Shown here one piece after another: positions 19,804 to 29,079 of a stretch of 64,000 nucleotides of DNA; position 1 is the stretch's first letter, and each line of letters opens with the position of its first letter. The DNA is taken from positions 73,166 through 137,165 of IMG/VR virus record IMGVR_UViG_3300032315_000774. One strand, given 5' to 3'. Origin of the DNA: a virus. The notes below the pieces were generated by a model, which did not search any database, was not told the DNA's origin, and worked only from the letters and a program-made list of their open reading frames with translations. The translations under genes were made by a program, and so were the position numbers.

Positions 19804-22767
19804 TCACCCCTGGAAGAACGGGTTGTCGACCGAGTACCGCCCGGAGAGGCGCAGCGCTGGGTATCGGAGGTTGTACCAGTAGTCGAAGAGGAACTGCGTC
19901 GGGTCGTTCGGGTCGCGCGACGTCTGAATGTCTTCGCTGATGTTCAGCGCGCGTGTGACGCCGTTGCGGTCCGTGTACGGTCCGATCGTGCCGCTGGAGA
20001 TCTCCGCGTTCAGCACGCTCGCGATGACGATCTTGATGTCGAGCAGGAAGTCTGCAGGCGACACCGGTACGATACCGACGAGCGATGCATCGAGCGCTAG
20101 CTCGACCTTGCGCGTGATGTTGTCCTTCTGCGTGCTCGTCGACTCGTACTTGAACGCGGGTGCACCTGCGCCACCTGCCTCTGTCGTCACTGGATCGAGC
20201 ACGCGGAACAGGCCCGCGTCGAACGACGTCACGAACGTGCCCTGCGACGCCAAGAGGTTGCTCTCGGTCTGCGTCCAGACCAAGGCGTCGTTGATGTCGT
20301 CGAGGTTGAAGCCTGCGACCGTACGTCGCGCGAGCGACAACGCTGGGTTCGTCAGCGACGAGCGCAGCGCAGCCCACGCCACGGCGAGGTACGTGCTGTC
20401 GAGGTTGACGGGGATCGACTCGCCCGACACCCCATCCACGTAGCTGTAGCTCACGCCTGTCAGCTGTGGAGGCGCGACCAAGATCGCGCGCCCGCGTGCA
20501 GGGCTTGTCGGCGCGAACGCCAACGTACGCGTCGCCATGTACACGTACGAGCCTGCATCGTCGCGGCTGCCGACGGGTGTCGAGCGCGCCATGCCGAACC
20601 AGCCGCGACGGTAGCGCTTCGTGGTCGAGCTGTTCGCCGTCTCCAGAAGCGCGCGGAAGTCCGTCTGAACCGCGAGCGATGTCGACAGCACGACGAGGTC
20701 TGTGATGACGTCCGTCTTCAGCGTGGCGTTCATCGCCGCTGCGAACTCGGCACGCGTCGGTGACCCAGGCAGCGAGGTGTCGTCGACCTGCACGACCACC
20801 ACCGAAGGCGGGCGCTGCAGGAAGGCAATCTCCACCGCCAGCATCAGCGTGTTCGACGCGGACGTCGGGCCGAGGTCTGCGCGCGCAGCTTCGACCGAGA
20901 AGAAGCGCTTCTGCGCGTTGTACTCGTTCGCTGGGCGCGTGATCGTGAACGTCGCGTAGTAGACGCTCGCCACCGTCGGACGACGCCCTGCACCTGTCAC
21001 CGTCAGCGGAAGCACCAGCGCTCCGAACAGCGCAGTCGCCGTCGCCGAAGCGCTCACGGTGATCGATGCGCTCTCGCCTTCCGTTGGCGACGTTAGCACG
21101 ATCTGGTTGACGCCCGACGGCACGCTGGCCACCGCACGGAACGACGGACCGAGCTGCGCTGCGAGCACCGCGTTGATGTTCGCGACGATGTCTGCGAGCG
21201 ATGCCGTCGCAGGCGTGAACGTGCGGTAGTTCAGCGGAGGGCTCGCGAGCGCTGACACCTGCACGCTGACCGTCGTGCCGTTGATCGTCATCGAGAACGT
21301 GTTGTTCACGCTGACGTCCACCGTGCTCGATCCAAGCACCGCACCTGCGAACACAGCGGGCGTGTCGGGCGGTGCTGATGGACCGCCCCACGCGATCGAG
21401 TTGCCGCTGAGCAAGCAGTCGACGCCGACCGTGAAGTTGTCCGCGCTCGGCTGGCTCCCGACGCTCGACAGCTCGGTCACGCCCGTGAAGCCTGTCGCGT
21501 CGCTGTCCGTCGAGACCGACACGTACGACGCGAGGTAGACAGCGGTCGTCGAGTACACAGAGCGCGCGACCTGGATGACCGTGCGAGCCAGACGGTTGTC
21601 TGCGCCCGCTGCACCGAGCAAGAGCACGGCACCGTCGTTCGCGATGGCTGTTCCCACCTCGATGTCGCTCGTCGGTGTCGTCGACGGCGAGCGGAGGATG
21701 AGACCCGCTGTCGCTGCGTACGCGAAGGCGCTGTACGCAGCGCCGAAGCCGAGGCTGCTTGCGCCTGCCAGCGCTGTGTTGATCGCGGTCGCGATTTCAC
21801 CTCGCGTCGCAGCGGTCGGCGTGCCGTACGTCGTCGCCACGCGGATCTCGCGACCCAAGATCTGCACCGTACCTGCCGCGACGCCGGTCCCGCTCGTGTG
21901 CTGCAGACGCAGCGTCACGGGCGCGATGCCGTCGATCGTGAGCGCCAGAGCTGTGCCGTTCACGCTGTACGTGAAGCCTGCACCCGCGTCCGCTGCGCCT
22001 GCCGCGTTCACGTACGTCAACGTGGTCGCGCTCGGCACGCTCGTAATGCGGAACGTGCCGTTGTTCCCAGGCGTCGCCGAACCGGAGACGACGACGAGCG
22101 CGCCGACGAGTGCCGCCGTGAACGATGCACCGGCATCGGTCAGCGTCTGAACTTGCGAAACAGGCGCAGACACCGAGCCTGCACCCGCGCCCGACTCGAC
22201 GGCCAGCTGCAAGTTGTAGGGTCCTGCTGCGTTGCCGATGATGATGCCTGGCACGTAGCGCAGGTACTGGTCAGGAATCGGGGCTCCGTTGCGCAGGTAG
22301 TCGCTGTCCTGCAAGCGACGGTTGCCTCGGTTCACGAGCACGGCGTTCGGCACGACCTGCCAGGTGAACGCGCTGGTCTCCGTCACGCCTGCTGCGTTCG
22401 CGAAGATCACGCTGGTGGCGCTGACGACCTCGACGATCGTGAACGTGCCGTTGTTCGCGGGGTTGGTCGCGCCGCTGATGGAGATCTGCGCGCCGACTCG
22501 CGTCGCTCCGAACACAGCGCCCGCATCGAGCAGCGTCACGAGGCCGCCCGCGAACGTGAGCGAGTCGCCTGTGCCTGTCGGAGCCACCAGCGTCAGCGTC
22601 TCGTCTTCCACGAGCCCACGTTGCAGCTGCAGGTTGGTGACCGTTCGTGTCCGGTCCGCCACACCGATGACGCCGATCTGCAGCGGCACGCCCGTGACGC
22701 CAGCGGCGTTCGGGACGACGACTTCCTCGATCGTGACTCCAGGCGGCGTGTATCCGGTCATGCTCAA
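19804..22767 (-). CDS. Contractile tail sheath protein with inserted beta domains
   Basis: N-terminal 'YTPPGVTIEE' and a sheath-like C-terminus 'DPTQFLFDYWYNLRYP'. 987 aa; alternative start at 22761. Confidence 0.9.
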   Translation of the reverse strand: MSMTGYTPPGVTIEEVVVPNAAGVTGVPLQIGVIGVADRTRTVTNLQLQRGLVEDETLTLVAPTGTGDSLTFAGGLVTLLDAGAVFGATRVGAQISISGATNPANNGTFTIVEVVSATSVIFANAAGVTETSAFTWQVVPNAVLVNRGNRRLQDSDYLRNGAPIPDQYLRYVPGIIIGNAAGPYNLQLAVESGAGAGSVSAPVSQVQTLTDAGASFTAALVGALVVVSGSATPGNNGTFRITSVPSATTLTYVNAAGAADAGAGFTYSVNGTALALTIDGIAPVTLRLQHTSGTGVAAGTVQILGREIRVATTYGTPTAATRGEIATAINTALAGASSLGFGAAYSAFAYAATAGLILRSPSTTPTSDIEVGTAIANDGAVLLLGAAGADNRLARTVIQVARSVYSTTAVYLASYVSVSTDSDATGFTGVTELSSVGSQPSADNFTVGVDCLLSGNSIAWGGPSAPPDTPAVFAGAVLGSSTVDVSVNNTFSMTINGTTVSVQVSALASPPLNYRTFTPATASLADIVANINAVLAAQLGPSFRAVASVPSGVNQIVLTSPTEGESASITVSASATATALFGALVLPLTVTGAGRRPTVASVYYATFTITRPANEYNAQKRFFSVEAARADLGPTSASNTLMLAVEIAFLQRPPSVVVVQVDDTSLPGSPTRAEFAAAMNATLKTDVITDLVVLSTSLAVQTDFRALLETANSSTTKRYRRGWFGMARSTPVGSRDDAGSYVYMATRTLAFAPTSPARGRAILVAPPQLTGVSYSYVDGVSGESIPVNLDSTYLAVAWAALRSSLTNPALSLARRTVAGFNLDDINDALVWTQTESNLLASQGTFVTSFDAGLFRVLDPVTTEAGGAGAPAFKYESTSTQKDNITRKVELALDASLVGIVPVSPADFLLDIKIVIASVLNAEISSGTIGPYTDRNGVTRALNISEDIQTSRDPNDPTQFLFDYWYNLRYPALRLSGRYSVDNPFFQG

Positions 22768-22787
22768 GACTCACAAGCCAGGCCAGT

Positions 22788-22802
22788 TGTCAGTGTCGTT
22801 AG
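22788..22802 (-). promoter_or_regulatory. Putative late promoter motif CTAACGACACTGACA (copy 1)
   Basis: Identical to 51822..51836. Lies 27 nt upstream of the ATG at 22761 of the sheath gene. Confidence 0.6.
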
Positions 22803-24367
22803 GAAGGACGCGGAAGCGGTGAGCGGTTCGCGAATCCTGGACGCAGCGCGAAGCTCTGGCCCGCACGTGGTCCGAAGGGTACTCGCACTTCGCGATCCAC
22901 GTAGTAGCGCACCGTCCCCTGCAAGCTCACACGGCACATGAACACCTTCTTCTTCAGGTCTTTCGTGCCTCGATCGCTCTCGGTTCCAGGACTGACCGTC
23001 GCTTCGACTTGAGCCTGCCACATCTCTTCGGGGTAGTTCTCGTCGAACACGCCGCGTCCGAAGAAGGTGTAGAACTGCTCGGCGAGGTACATCGACAAGT
23101 ACGCGACGACGAGGTCCGTGATCTCTTGGCGCTCGGTCGGATGCTCCGCGAAGATGTCGATGTTGTACGTGACCTTCGAACCGTAGTTGTAGCGGTTCAT
23201 GACCGGGCGAATGGGATTCAGCCACGTGTCCCTCTGACCGAAGAACCACTCAGCACCACTCACGCTGGCCGCCGTCCCGTTCTCGTTCGTGAACGTCACC
23301 GTGCTGTCCGTGATGCTCGTGATGATGAAGCTCCCGTCGTTTGCACCCGCTCCTGTGAGCGTGAGCTTGCGGTCGATCCATGCAGGATCGAAGGGCGCTG
23401 CAGGGTCGAAGAGCGTCATGTTGGGCGCGGTGCCTGTGATCGTCGCGCCTGCGCTCAGCGTCCCGAACGCCGCGAGCCCTGTCACCAGCATCGCGTTCCG
23501 CGTACTCGCTGCCGTCACCTCGATCTCCGCTGGCGTCGGCGTCACCAGCAACTGCAGACGCCCGTCGACGACGCGAGGCCGCGCGTAGAGCGCTTGCATC
23601 TGCGCCACCGTGAGCACGTCTTCTGCCGTCGCAGCGGTGACAGGAGCGTTCGCTGGGAACAGCGACGGCACGAGATCGATGTGTGACTCGAAGGCGATGC
23701 CGTGGATCGAACCCGCGTACGCGATCACGTCCATCGCTGTCGACACTGCGTTCTGTGTCGTCGTGATGCTGACGCCAACACCAGACACGGCGAACGCCTG
23801 AAGGTCAGGTCGCGACAGCGTGAGCACGCTACCGTCGAAGCTGATCGAGAAGATGAGGTCGAGCGCTTCTTGAACAGCACGCGCCACTTCGCTGAGCAGC
23901 GCGCCCTCGAACAGCTGCCCGTCGATCTGCAGCTGGATCGGTGTCGCCGTCTGCTCCACGAGCGTCACCTGCGGCTGCGGCCCCGAGAACGCGAACGGAC
24001 CCTCGACCGTCTCCACACGCGGCGGGAGCTGCGTCGTACCGATGAACGGTGTACCGATCGTCAGACGCTCTTCGCTCCCGCTTGACGCCGTCAGCGCGAT
24101 GTGTGGCATCCGCTCGTAGATGTCTGGGTTGTCTTGAGTGATCTGCACGAACGTCGCATAGCTGTCGCGCGAGTCCGCAGGCGTCGCGTACTTCTCGATG
24201 CTCGGCAGTTCCTGTCGACGCGCCTCTGTGTACGTGCGCGCGAACTCGCGCAAGCCAAGAACGATCGCGTCCTTCGTCGTCTCCAAGAGCTGACCGAAGT
24301 GCGGAACGTCCGACTGATCGTCAGGGATCGTCGGAACGAAGCGGTATGGAATCGGATCTTCAGACAT
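22799..24367 (-). CDS. Tail terminator / neck-tail completion protein with inserted domains
   Basis: 'YERMPHIALT...YNIDIFAEHPTERQEITDLV' resembles tail-completion proteins. Upstream of the sheath gene. Confidence 0.6.
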   Translation of the reverse strand: MSEDPIPYRFVPTIPDDQSDVPHFGQLLETTKDAIVLGLREFARTYTEARRQELPSIEKYATPADSRDSYATFVQITQDNPDIYERMPHIALTASSGSEERLTIGTPFIGTTQLPPRVETVEGPFAFSGPQPQVTLVEQTATPIQLQIDGQLFEGALLSEVARAVQEALDLIFSISFDGSVLTLSRPDLQAFAVSGVGVSITTTQNAVSTAMDVIAYAGSIHGIAFESHIDLVPSLFPANAPVTAATAEDVLTVAQMQALYARPRVVDGRLQLLVTPTPAEIEVTAASTRNAMLVTGLAAFGTLSAGATITGTAPNMTLFDPAAPFDPAWIDRKLTLTGAGANDGSFIITSITDSTVTFTNENGTAASVSGAEWFFGQRDTWLNPIRPVMNRYNYGSKVTYNIDIFAEHPTERQEITDLVVAYLSMYLAEQFYTFFGRGVFDENYPEEMWQAQVEATVSPGTESDRGTKDLKKKVFMCRVSLQGTVRYYVDREVRVPFGPRAGQSFALRPGFANRSPLPRPS

Positions 24368-24374
24368 GGTGACC

Positions 24375-25442
24375 TCAAAAGACGAGATGATACACGTCGC
24401 CAGGCTGCGTCAGGTTCTCCGCGAACTGCTGATGCGTCAGCGTTCCTGCGATCGTCGCGTCCATCGTGACGTTCGTGACCGCGTAACGCTGACCCTGACG
24501 CACACCTGTCGAGTACACGTAGAACGCTGAGAAGCCTTGCTCTCGATTGTCCAGCACCACGCTCGGTGTGTTCGCGACGAGCGACTGGTCGAAGAACGAC
24601 AACGGCGCCGTGAACGATTGATCGGCCTCGTGAACGGTCTGACGCCCCAGCACCGTGTCGAGCACCGTCTGCTCACGCATGCCTGTCTTCGCGACGAGGA
24701 TGTCGCCAGGCGTCCATCCACGAAGTCCGAGCGGGTTCATGTCCAGTCGTCGAAGGTGCCGCACACGAAGCGCTTCGAACGCAGGCGGCTCAGACGAAAC
24801 GACAGCCCTTGTCAAGGTGATTCGTGCTCGAAGTGTTCCAACGCCGATCGGGCGCAGCGGTCCGTCCAACACACCTCTGTAAACCCGCATAGGTCCAGAA
24901 GGCGTCTCAGGCCCCACCTGGACCTCGGTGACGGTCACCGGCTGCCACCCACCACCCGAGTCGACTTCGAGCGCCAGCGCGTCGCCTGCAGCGCGACGGA
25001 ACGCGACCAGCTCCAGCTCCCACGGCTCGGACGTCATGTTGCTGAAGGCAGCCACGGCCGTCGTCCACTGCCCCGTCAGCGCGGTTGGCGCCAGCACCAG
25101 GCGGTTCGGCTGCCTCCGCTGGTCCAGCACGAGCGTCCCCGAGCCCGGTGTCGTCGAGCCGAAGAACAACGTCTCGTAGAGGAAGCGCTGGTAGCCGCCG
25201 AGGCGCCCCGTGCCGTAGCAGCTCATGCACTTCGCGTCGGCGTTCGCCGTCGCGCTCTTCCGGCAGCTGCAAGCCGCGCCCGTGAGCAGCGGCTGGTAGA
25301 GCGTCACCGACGATCCGTTGGCGCGAAGCTGGTCCTGGATCATCGCCTGGACCTTGGCCGCCGTCTGGTCGGTCAACACCCGACACTGTGGGTTGCGCCC
25401 CCAGTACCCGACAGCCTTAGCGAAACCCCTTACTTTTTGCAT
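24375..25442 (-). CDS. Head closure/neck protein with zinc-finger motif
   Basis: 'CSC...CMSCYGTG..GGY' motif, as seen in myovirus neck proteins. GAGGAG RBS before the ATG. Confidence 0.6.
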   Translation of the reverse strand: MQKVRGFAKAVGYWGRNPQCRVLTDQTAAKVQAMIQDQLRANGSSVTLYQPLLTGAACSCRKSATANADAKCMSCYGTGRLGGYQRFLYETLFFGSTTPGSGTLVLDQRRQPNRLVLAPTALTGQWTTAVAAFSNMTSEPWELELVAFRRAAGDALALEVDSGGGWQPVTVTEVQVGPETPSGPMRVYRGVLDGPLRPIGVGTLRARITLTRAVVSSEPPAFEALRVRHLRRLDMNPLGLRGWTPGDILVAKTGMREQTVLDTVLGRQTVHEADQSFTAPLSFFDQSLVANTPSVVLDNREQGFSAFYVYSTGVRQGQRYAVTNVTMDATIAGTLTHQQFAENLTQPGDVYHLVF

Positions 25443-25709
25443 CTCACTGACTCCTCACTAGAGCTAAGCTCTTGAAATCAAAGGCTAAAGTGAGCAAAGT
25501 GAGCAAAGTGAGGTCCCGATCCAGCTCTATAAGAAGGCTCATGGAGAAAAGGTCTCTCGCTCTTCTGCAGAAAAGCAGGGTTTCTCTTTTCCACTAGGCT
25601 CTCCTCACGCTAAATACTCCTCACTTTCCTCACTTCCTCACTAGACTAGCTTTTTCTCTAAAGAAAACAAAGACATAGAACAAGTGAGCAAAAAGTGAGG
25701 AACAGTGAG
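25443..25709. repeat. AT-rich iteron-like array (11 x AGTGAG in four alternating clusters); putative replication origin
   Basis: CTCACT at 25443, 25454, 25620, 25629, 25637; AGTGAG at 25489, 25498, 25507, 25683, 25694, 25704. Non-coding and strongly AT-rich relative to the flanks. Confidence 0.7.
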
Positions 25710-25713
25710 GAGA

Positions 25714-27846
25714 TCAAGCACGAGCCCAGAGGTTGCGGAACAGAGCCCCGGAAGGCGCGCTGCTGACGAGCTGAGTGAACCGATAGTTGGCCTGCATCTG
25801 TACGTGAGCGGCGCCGTAGATGATGAGCTTCTTCTTGGCTTCGGGGATGAGCTTGTCGAGGCGCTGCGAGATGCGGCCGATGATCGCGTTCAAAGCGGGC
25901 TGGTGTTGGATGACGAAGCTCGTTCCCTGCGCACTGTTGTACGTGGCGATGTTGTCTACCAAGTACGAATGGTCTCCACTTACGGTCAGGTTGAATACTG
26001 GCTTGGAGTTAGAGACGCGCTTGACGCTCTTGACAGGAAGATACACGAAGTCGTCATCGACCATACAAGCTGACGATACTGGACGGTGTCCTGGACGACC
26101 GTACGGATAGTCGGACGCTTTTGATTGGTCACCCCATACAAGCTGAGCAAGTTCAGCTGCGAAAGGCATAGGAACGACCATCCGATAGTGTTCGACTGAA
26201 GTAGTTTCAACTCCTCGAATCAAACTTCTACGTTCAGGCTGAACGTTCAGTCTCGTCGGAAATCCGAGCTGAGCTAGAATCAACTGAACTTGTCCAAACA
26301 ACGTTTTCGACGAGGTCGAGTACGTAACGTTGAAGGAACGACATGTCTTTCCGTTCTTTGTTTGGATCATCCAGTTCTGGCTTCCGTCCCCGCGGAACAG
26401 ACCTCGAATGAACTCGATCTTGTGTGGCAGTGGCCAAGCCATCACTTGAGCTGACAGTGCTTTGTCGCAAGAGCCTTCACCGACGTGGCGAAGAGCAAGG
26501 TCTACCCAACGCGCAACGGTTCGGTTCTTTCCGTAGTTGTTTCTGCTACGAAGCTGGAAAGCGCACGCAGAAGGATGGTCTTGCATGTGAAACTTGACAT
26601 CCGAACACATGGAAATGATGTCAGACGCCCATGTATCACGCTCTGCTTCATTGAACGTGAAGCAAATGTTGGTTGGTCTTCCGCTCTCCTTGTCGGTCAA
26701 GTTACCTTCGGCAGCGTAGTAACCAAGCATCCGAGCCTCATCAAGACATACATTCGGTTCTACTTGGTCAAACTTTCGAGGAACGAGCAAGAAGTCGTGC
26801 TTGTGGATCTGGTCTGCTCGGAGCTTGCGCAGAGGTTCATAGTCGTTGAACAACTTCTTTGCTCCGTGAACAGAACAGTACGCAGGAAGCTCTTGATGCT
26901 TGTGTCTTGGATTAGCAAGACGAGTGTGATGTCCTTGCTTGAACATCTGACCGGGCTTGACTTTGTTCTCACAGCCACACCGGCATGTGCGCGGCCATGC
27001 CCACACTGGGAAGTTGTGGCCTTCTGTTACTTCGAACTTTCGACCGCCCCATGTGGCGATCTCAATCACTGTATCAGGTGTTCCTTCGTTCCAAGCAGCT
27101 TCTACGGTTTGTGTGCGTCCAGTTCGGTCAAGAACAAGATCGCCAACTTTCACTGATTCGATCGGAGTCGTCTTGCCGTCTGCAGTGACAACAGGTGTAC
27201 CTTCGACGAAGCAGTAGTTCGGGATGTCGGTGTCGACAGCGAACAGCTCTTGGCTCGTGAGACCGACGTAGAGCGCAGCCTCAATGAGACCGTAGCGGTA
27301 CATCTGCGGGAAGTTGTCGAGAGTGACGAACGTCGGAAACGGCTCGTACATGTTCCAGATCGACAGCCCGTTGAAGAGGTACGTGAAGAGCTGTGCTTCG
27401 GTGTAGCCGAGGAAGCACGGGTTCGCTGGATCGGTGTCGACGTCTTTGGCCGCCTTGTCGATGACCTCGCGGAGGTCGCTCGACAGCGACAGCGCGTACG
27501 CTGAGACGATCCAGATCTTCTGTACCTGTGCGCTGATGGGGACGTTGTCGACGGCCACGTTCCAGATCAACAGCATCTCGCCGCCGATGCCTGTCTCGGG
27601 GTTCGAGGGTGTTGTGTAGACGACGTCGCCGATCGAGAAGGAGTAGCGTCCCGTCGCAGGGTTCGTGATGCGCGTGCCTGAGCCGAACGCGCCCTGGAAC
27701 ACGACTGTGTTGTCGAGACGCAGGACGGTGAGGCTCACGCTCGATGCCTCGACAGGCGTGCCTTGACTGTCGCAGACGAGGATGTCGAGACGTGTGACTG
27801 CGTTGATCAAGCCGACGTTGATCGGCGTGGCGACGACGACAGGCAT
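25714..27846 (-). CDS. Head-tail adaptor/neck protein interrupted by an intein (710 aa precursor, ~284 aa spliced)
   Basis: N-terminal Ig-like segment and helical adaptor-like region in the neck position. Internal intein motifs. Confidence 0.7.
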   Translation of the reverse strand: MPVVVATPINVGLINAVTRLDILVCDSQGTPVEASSVSLTVLRLDNTVVFQGAFGSGTRITNPATGRYSFSIGDVVYTTPSNPETGIGGEMLLIWNVAVDNVPISAQVQKIWIVSAYALSLSSDLREVIDKAAKDVDTDPANPCFLGYTEAQLFTYLFNGLSIWNMYEPFPTFVTLDNFPQMYRYGLIEAALYVGLTSQELFAVDTDIPNYCFVEGTPVVTADGKTTPIESVKVGDLVLDRTGRTQTVEAAWNEGTPDTVIEIATWGGRKFEVTEGHNFPVWAWPRTCRCGCENKVKPGQMFKQGHHTRLANPRHKHQELPAYCSVHGAKKLFNDYEPLRKLRADQIHKHDFLLVPRKFDQVEPNVCLDEARMLGYYAAEGNLTDKESGRPTNICFTFNEAERDTWASDIISMCSDVKFHMQDHPSACAFQLRSRNNYGKNRTVARWVDLALRHVGEGSCDKALSAQVMAWPLPHKIEFIRGLFRGDGSQNWMIQTKNGKTCRSFNVTYSTSSKTLFGQVQLILAQLGFPTRLNVQPERRSLIRGVETTSVEHYRMVVPMPFAAELAQLVWGDQSKASDYPYGRPGHRPVSSACMVDDDFVYLPVKSVKRVSNSKPVFNLTVSGDHSYLVDNIATYNSAQGTSFVIQHQPALNAIIGRISQRLDKLIPEAKKKLIIYGAAHVQMQANYRFTQLVSSAPSGALFRNLWARA
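25936..27213 (-). mobile_element. Intein (426 aa) with LAGLIDADG homing endonuclease
   Basis: Block A 'CFVEGTPVVTADG..PIESVKVGDLV', block B 'VTEGHNF', endonuclease blocks 'LGYYAAEG' and 'FIRGLFRGDG', blocks F/G 'VFNLTVSGDHSYLVDNIATYN/S'. Lower GC than the flanks. Confidence 0.93.
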
Positions 27847-27847
27847 A

Positions 27848-28093
27848 TCAGAACCTCATGACATAGGCAGAACCGACCCATGTGAACGACGGTGTGTTGA
27901 GAACAGGCCACGCTTCGAGACGATGTGCGTCGGCGACATGTGGCCTTGGGTCATCGATCGGTTCGGCAGGAAGCGGAACCGTGATGTCTCCTGGCTTGAG
28001 TGGTGTGATGATGTAGCGCGGTCGAAACGTCGAAGGCGGCTGCGCCAGAAGCACGCGTCGACGTTGGTGCACGCCGCTCTGGAACGCAGGCAT
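27848..28093 (-). CDS. Small hypothetical protein (81 aa)
   Basis: MPAFQSG... start at 28093 in a TGATG overlap; fills the gap between two genes. Confidence 0.45.
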   Translation of the reverse strand: MPAFQSGVHQRRRVLLAQPPSTFRPRYIITPLKPGDITVPLPAEPIDDPRPHVADAHRLEAWPVLNTPSFTWVGSAYVMRF

Positions 28094-28668
28094 CAGCTTG
28101 CCCTCGCGAGGGTCAAGCCCACGACACTCCGATACGTTCGAGTCCCTTGCGTGATCGCGACGGTCAGGTACGCAGCGTTCTCGCCGATCGCGATGGATGG
28201 TGCGGCGAAGGAGATCGCGATGACACCGTTGGCGTCGACGACGGTCGACGTCGCAGAGGGTGCCAGAGCTGCACCTGCGGCGTTGTACAGGCGCACCGTC
28301 GCTTCGTCCACGTTCGGGTCGACTTGACCTGGTCGCTGAAGCCACACATCGACGACGATCTGACCCGTCTGCGATGCCCACGTCACGCTGCCCTGCGGCT
28401 GCGGAAGCGGGTCCTCGACGTCGATCTGCTCCGACAGCGCGACGGTCGCTCCGTTCAGCACGCGCGTGTAGTAGCTGCCTGGACCTTCGAGCACCCAGAA
28501 CGAACTCGGCACGTCGAAGTAGTACGTTCCAGGTGTCGATGTCTCCGCGACTGCAAGAGTCAGCGTGACGGCGCTGGGTGAGAAGACCAACGCATCGAAC
28601 GCCCCAGGCAGCTGGCCAGCGGTCGCTTGGAAGAAGACGCGAAGCGGTGAGAGGAAGTCAGCCCTCAT
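28093..28668 (-). CDS. Beta-sandwich virion-like protein
   Basis: 191 aa with Ig-like alternating pattern 'PGTYYFDVP'. Confidence 0.55.
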   Translation of the reverse strand: MRADFLSPLRVFFQATAGQLPGAFDALVFSPSAVTLTLAVAETSTPGTYYFDVPSSFWVLEGPGSYYTRVLNGATVALSEQIDVEDPLPQPQGSVTWASQTGQIVVDVWLQRPGQVDPNVDEATVRLYNAAGAALAPSATSTVVDANGVIAISFAAPSIAIGENAAYLTVAITQGTRTYRSVVGLTLARAS

Positions 28669-28855
28669 CGGTGATCAGCCCCTCGACTACGTCCTGCAGT
28701 CGAGCGTATCCTTCGAGACGCTTGCGCTTCGCGTCTTCCAGCTCGGCGAGCACACCCGAGAGCGGTGAGTCCATCGGCGGGACGAACACAGCGGCAGCGG
28801 CGAGTGACGCGGTCGTGTCGAGAGACATGACGGCGTCGATCAACTCCTTCTTCAT
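28658..28855 (-). CDS. Small hypothetical protein
   Basis: 65 aa, GAGGAAG RBS, overlapping both neighbours. Confidence 0.55.
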   Translation of the reverse strand: MKKELIDAVMSLDTTASLAAAAVFVPPMDSPLSGVLAELEDAKRKRLEGYARLQDVVEGLITDEG

Positions 28856-29079
28856 GGCTTCTTCCTCCCAAGGACGTCAGCCAGCTTCTTGAGAGCGTCC
28901 GCGTTCGAGTTTTCAGACTGCGTCAGGTCGATGAGAACCTTGAGCAGCAAACGCTCCATCCGCGCTGACCGACGCAACGTATAGACGCCGAGGGCGCCAA
29001 GCGCAACGAACTGAACGGCACACACGACCGCCAACGGACCATGAGCAACGATTGCCGCTGTCAAGTCACTGACGTTCAC
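28852..29079 (-). CDS. Small membrane protein, BhlA-like holin candidate
   Basis: GTG start at 29079 (GTGA overlap). One TM segment 'HGPLAVVCAVQFVALGALGVY' followed by a coiled tail. Confidence 0.5.
   Translation of the reverse strand: MNVSDLTAAIVAHGPLAVVCAVQFVALGALGVYTLRRSARMERLLLKVLIDLTQSENSNADALKKLADVLGRKKP

Noticed and set aside
19799-21391. Long alternative-frame and antisense ORFs (e.g. 530 aa here, 423 aa at 32838, 428 aa at 51299)
   Set aside because: Arg-rich shadow ORFs expected from GC-rich codon bias, fully overlapping well-supported genes.
9416-24367. Tailocin/eCIS or T6SS locus
   Set aside because: Contiguous capsid, portal, terminase and replication genes show that this is a complete phage.
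25443-25709. Repeat region as a CRISPR array
   Set aside because: The units are only 6-9 bp, occur in both orientations, and have no 25-45 bp repeat/spacer period.
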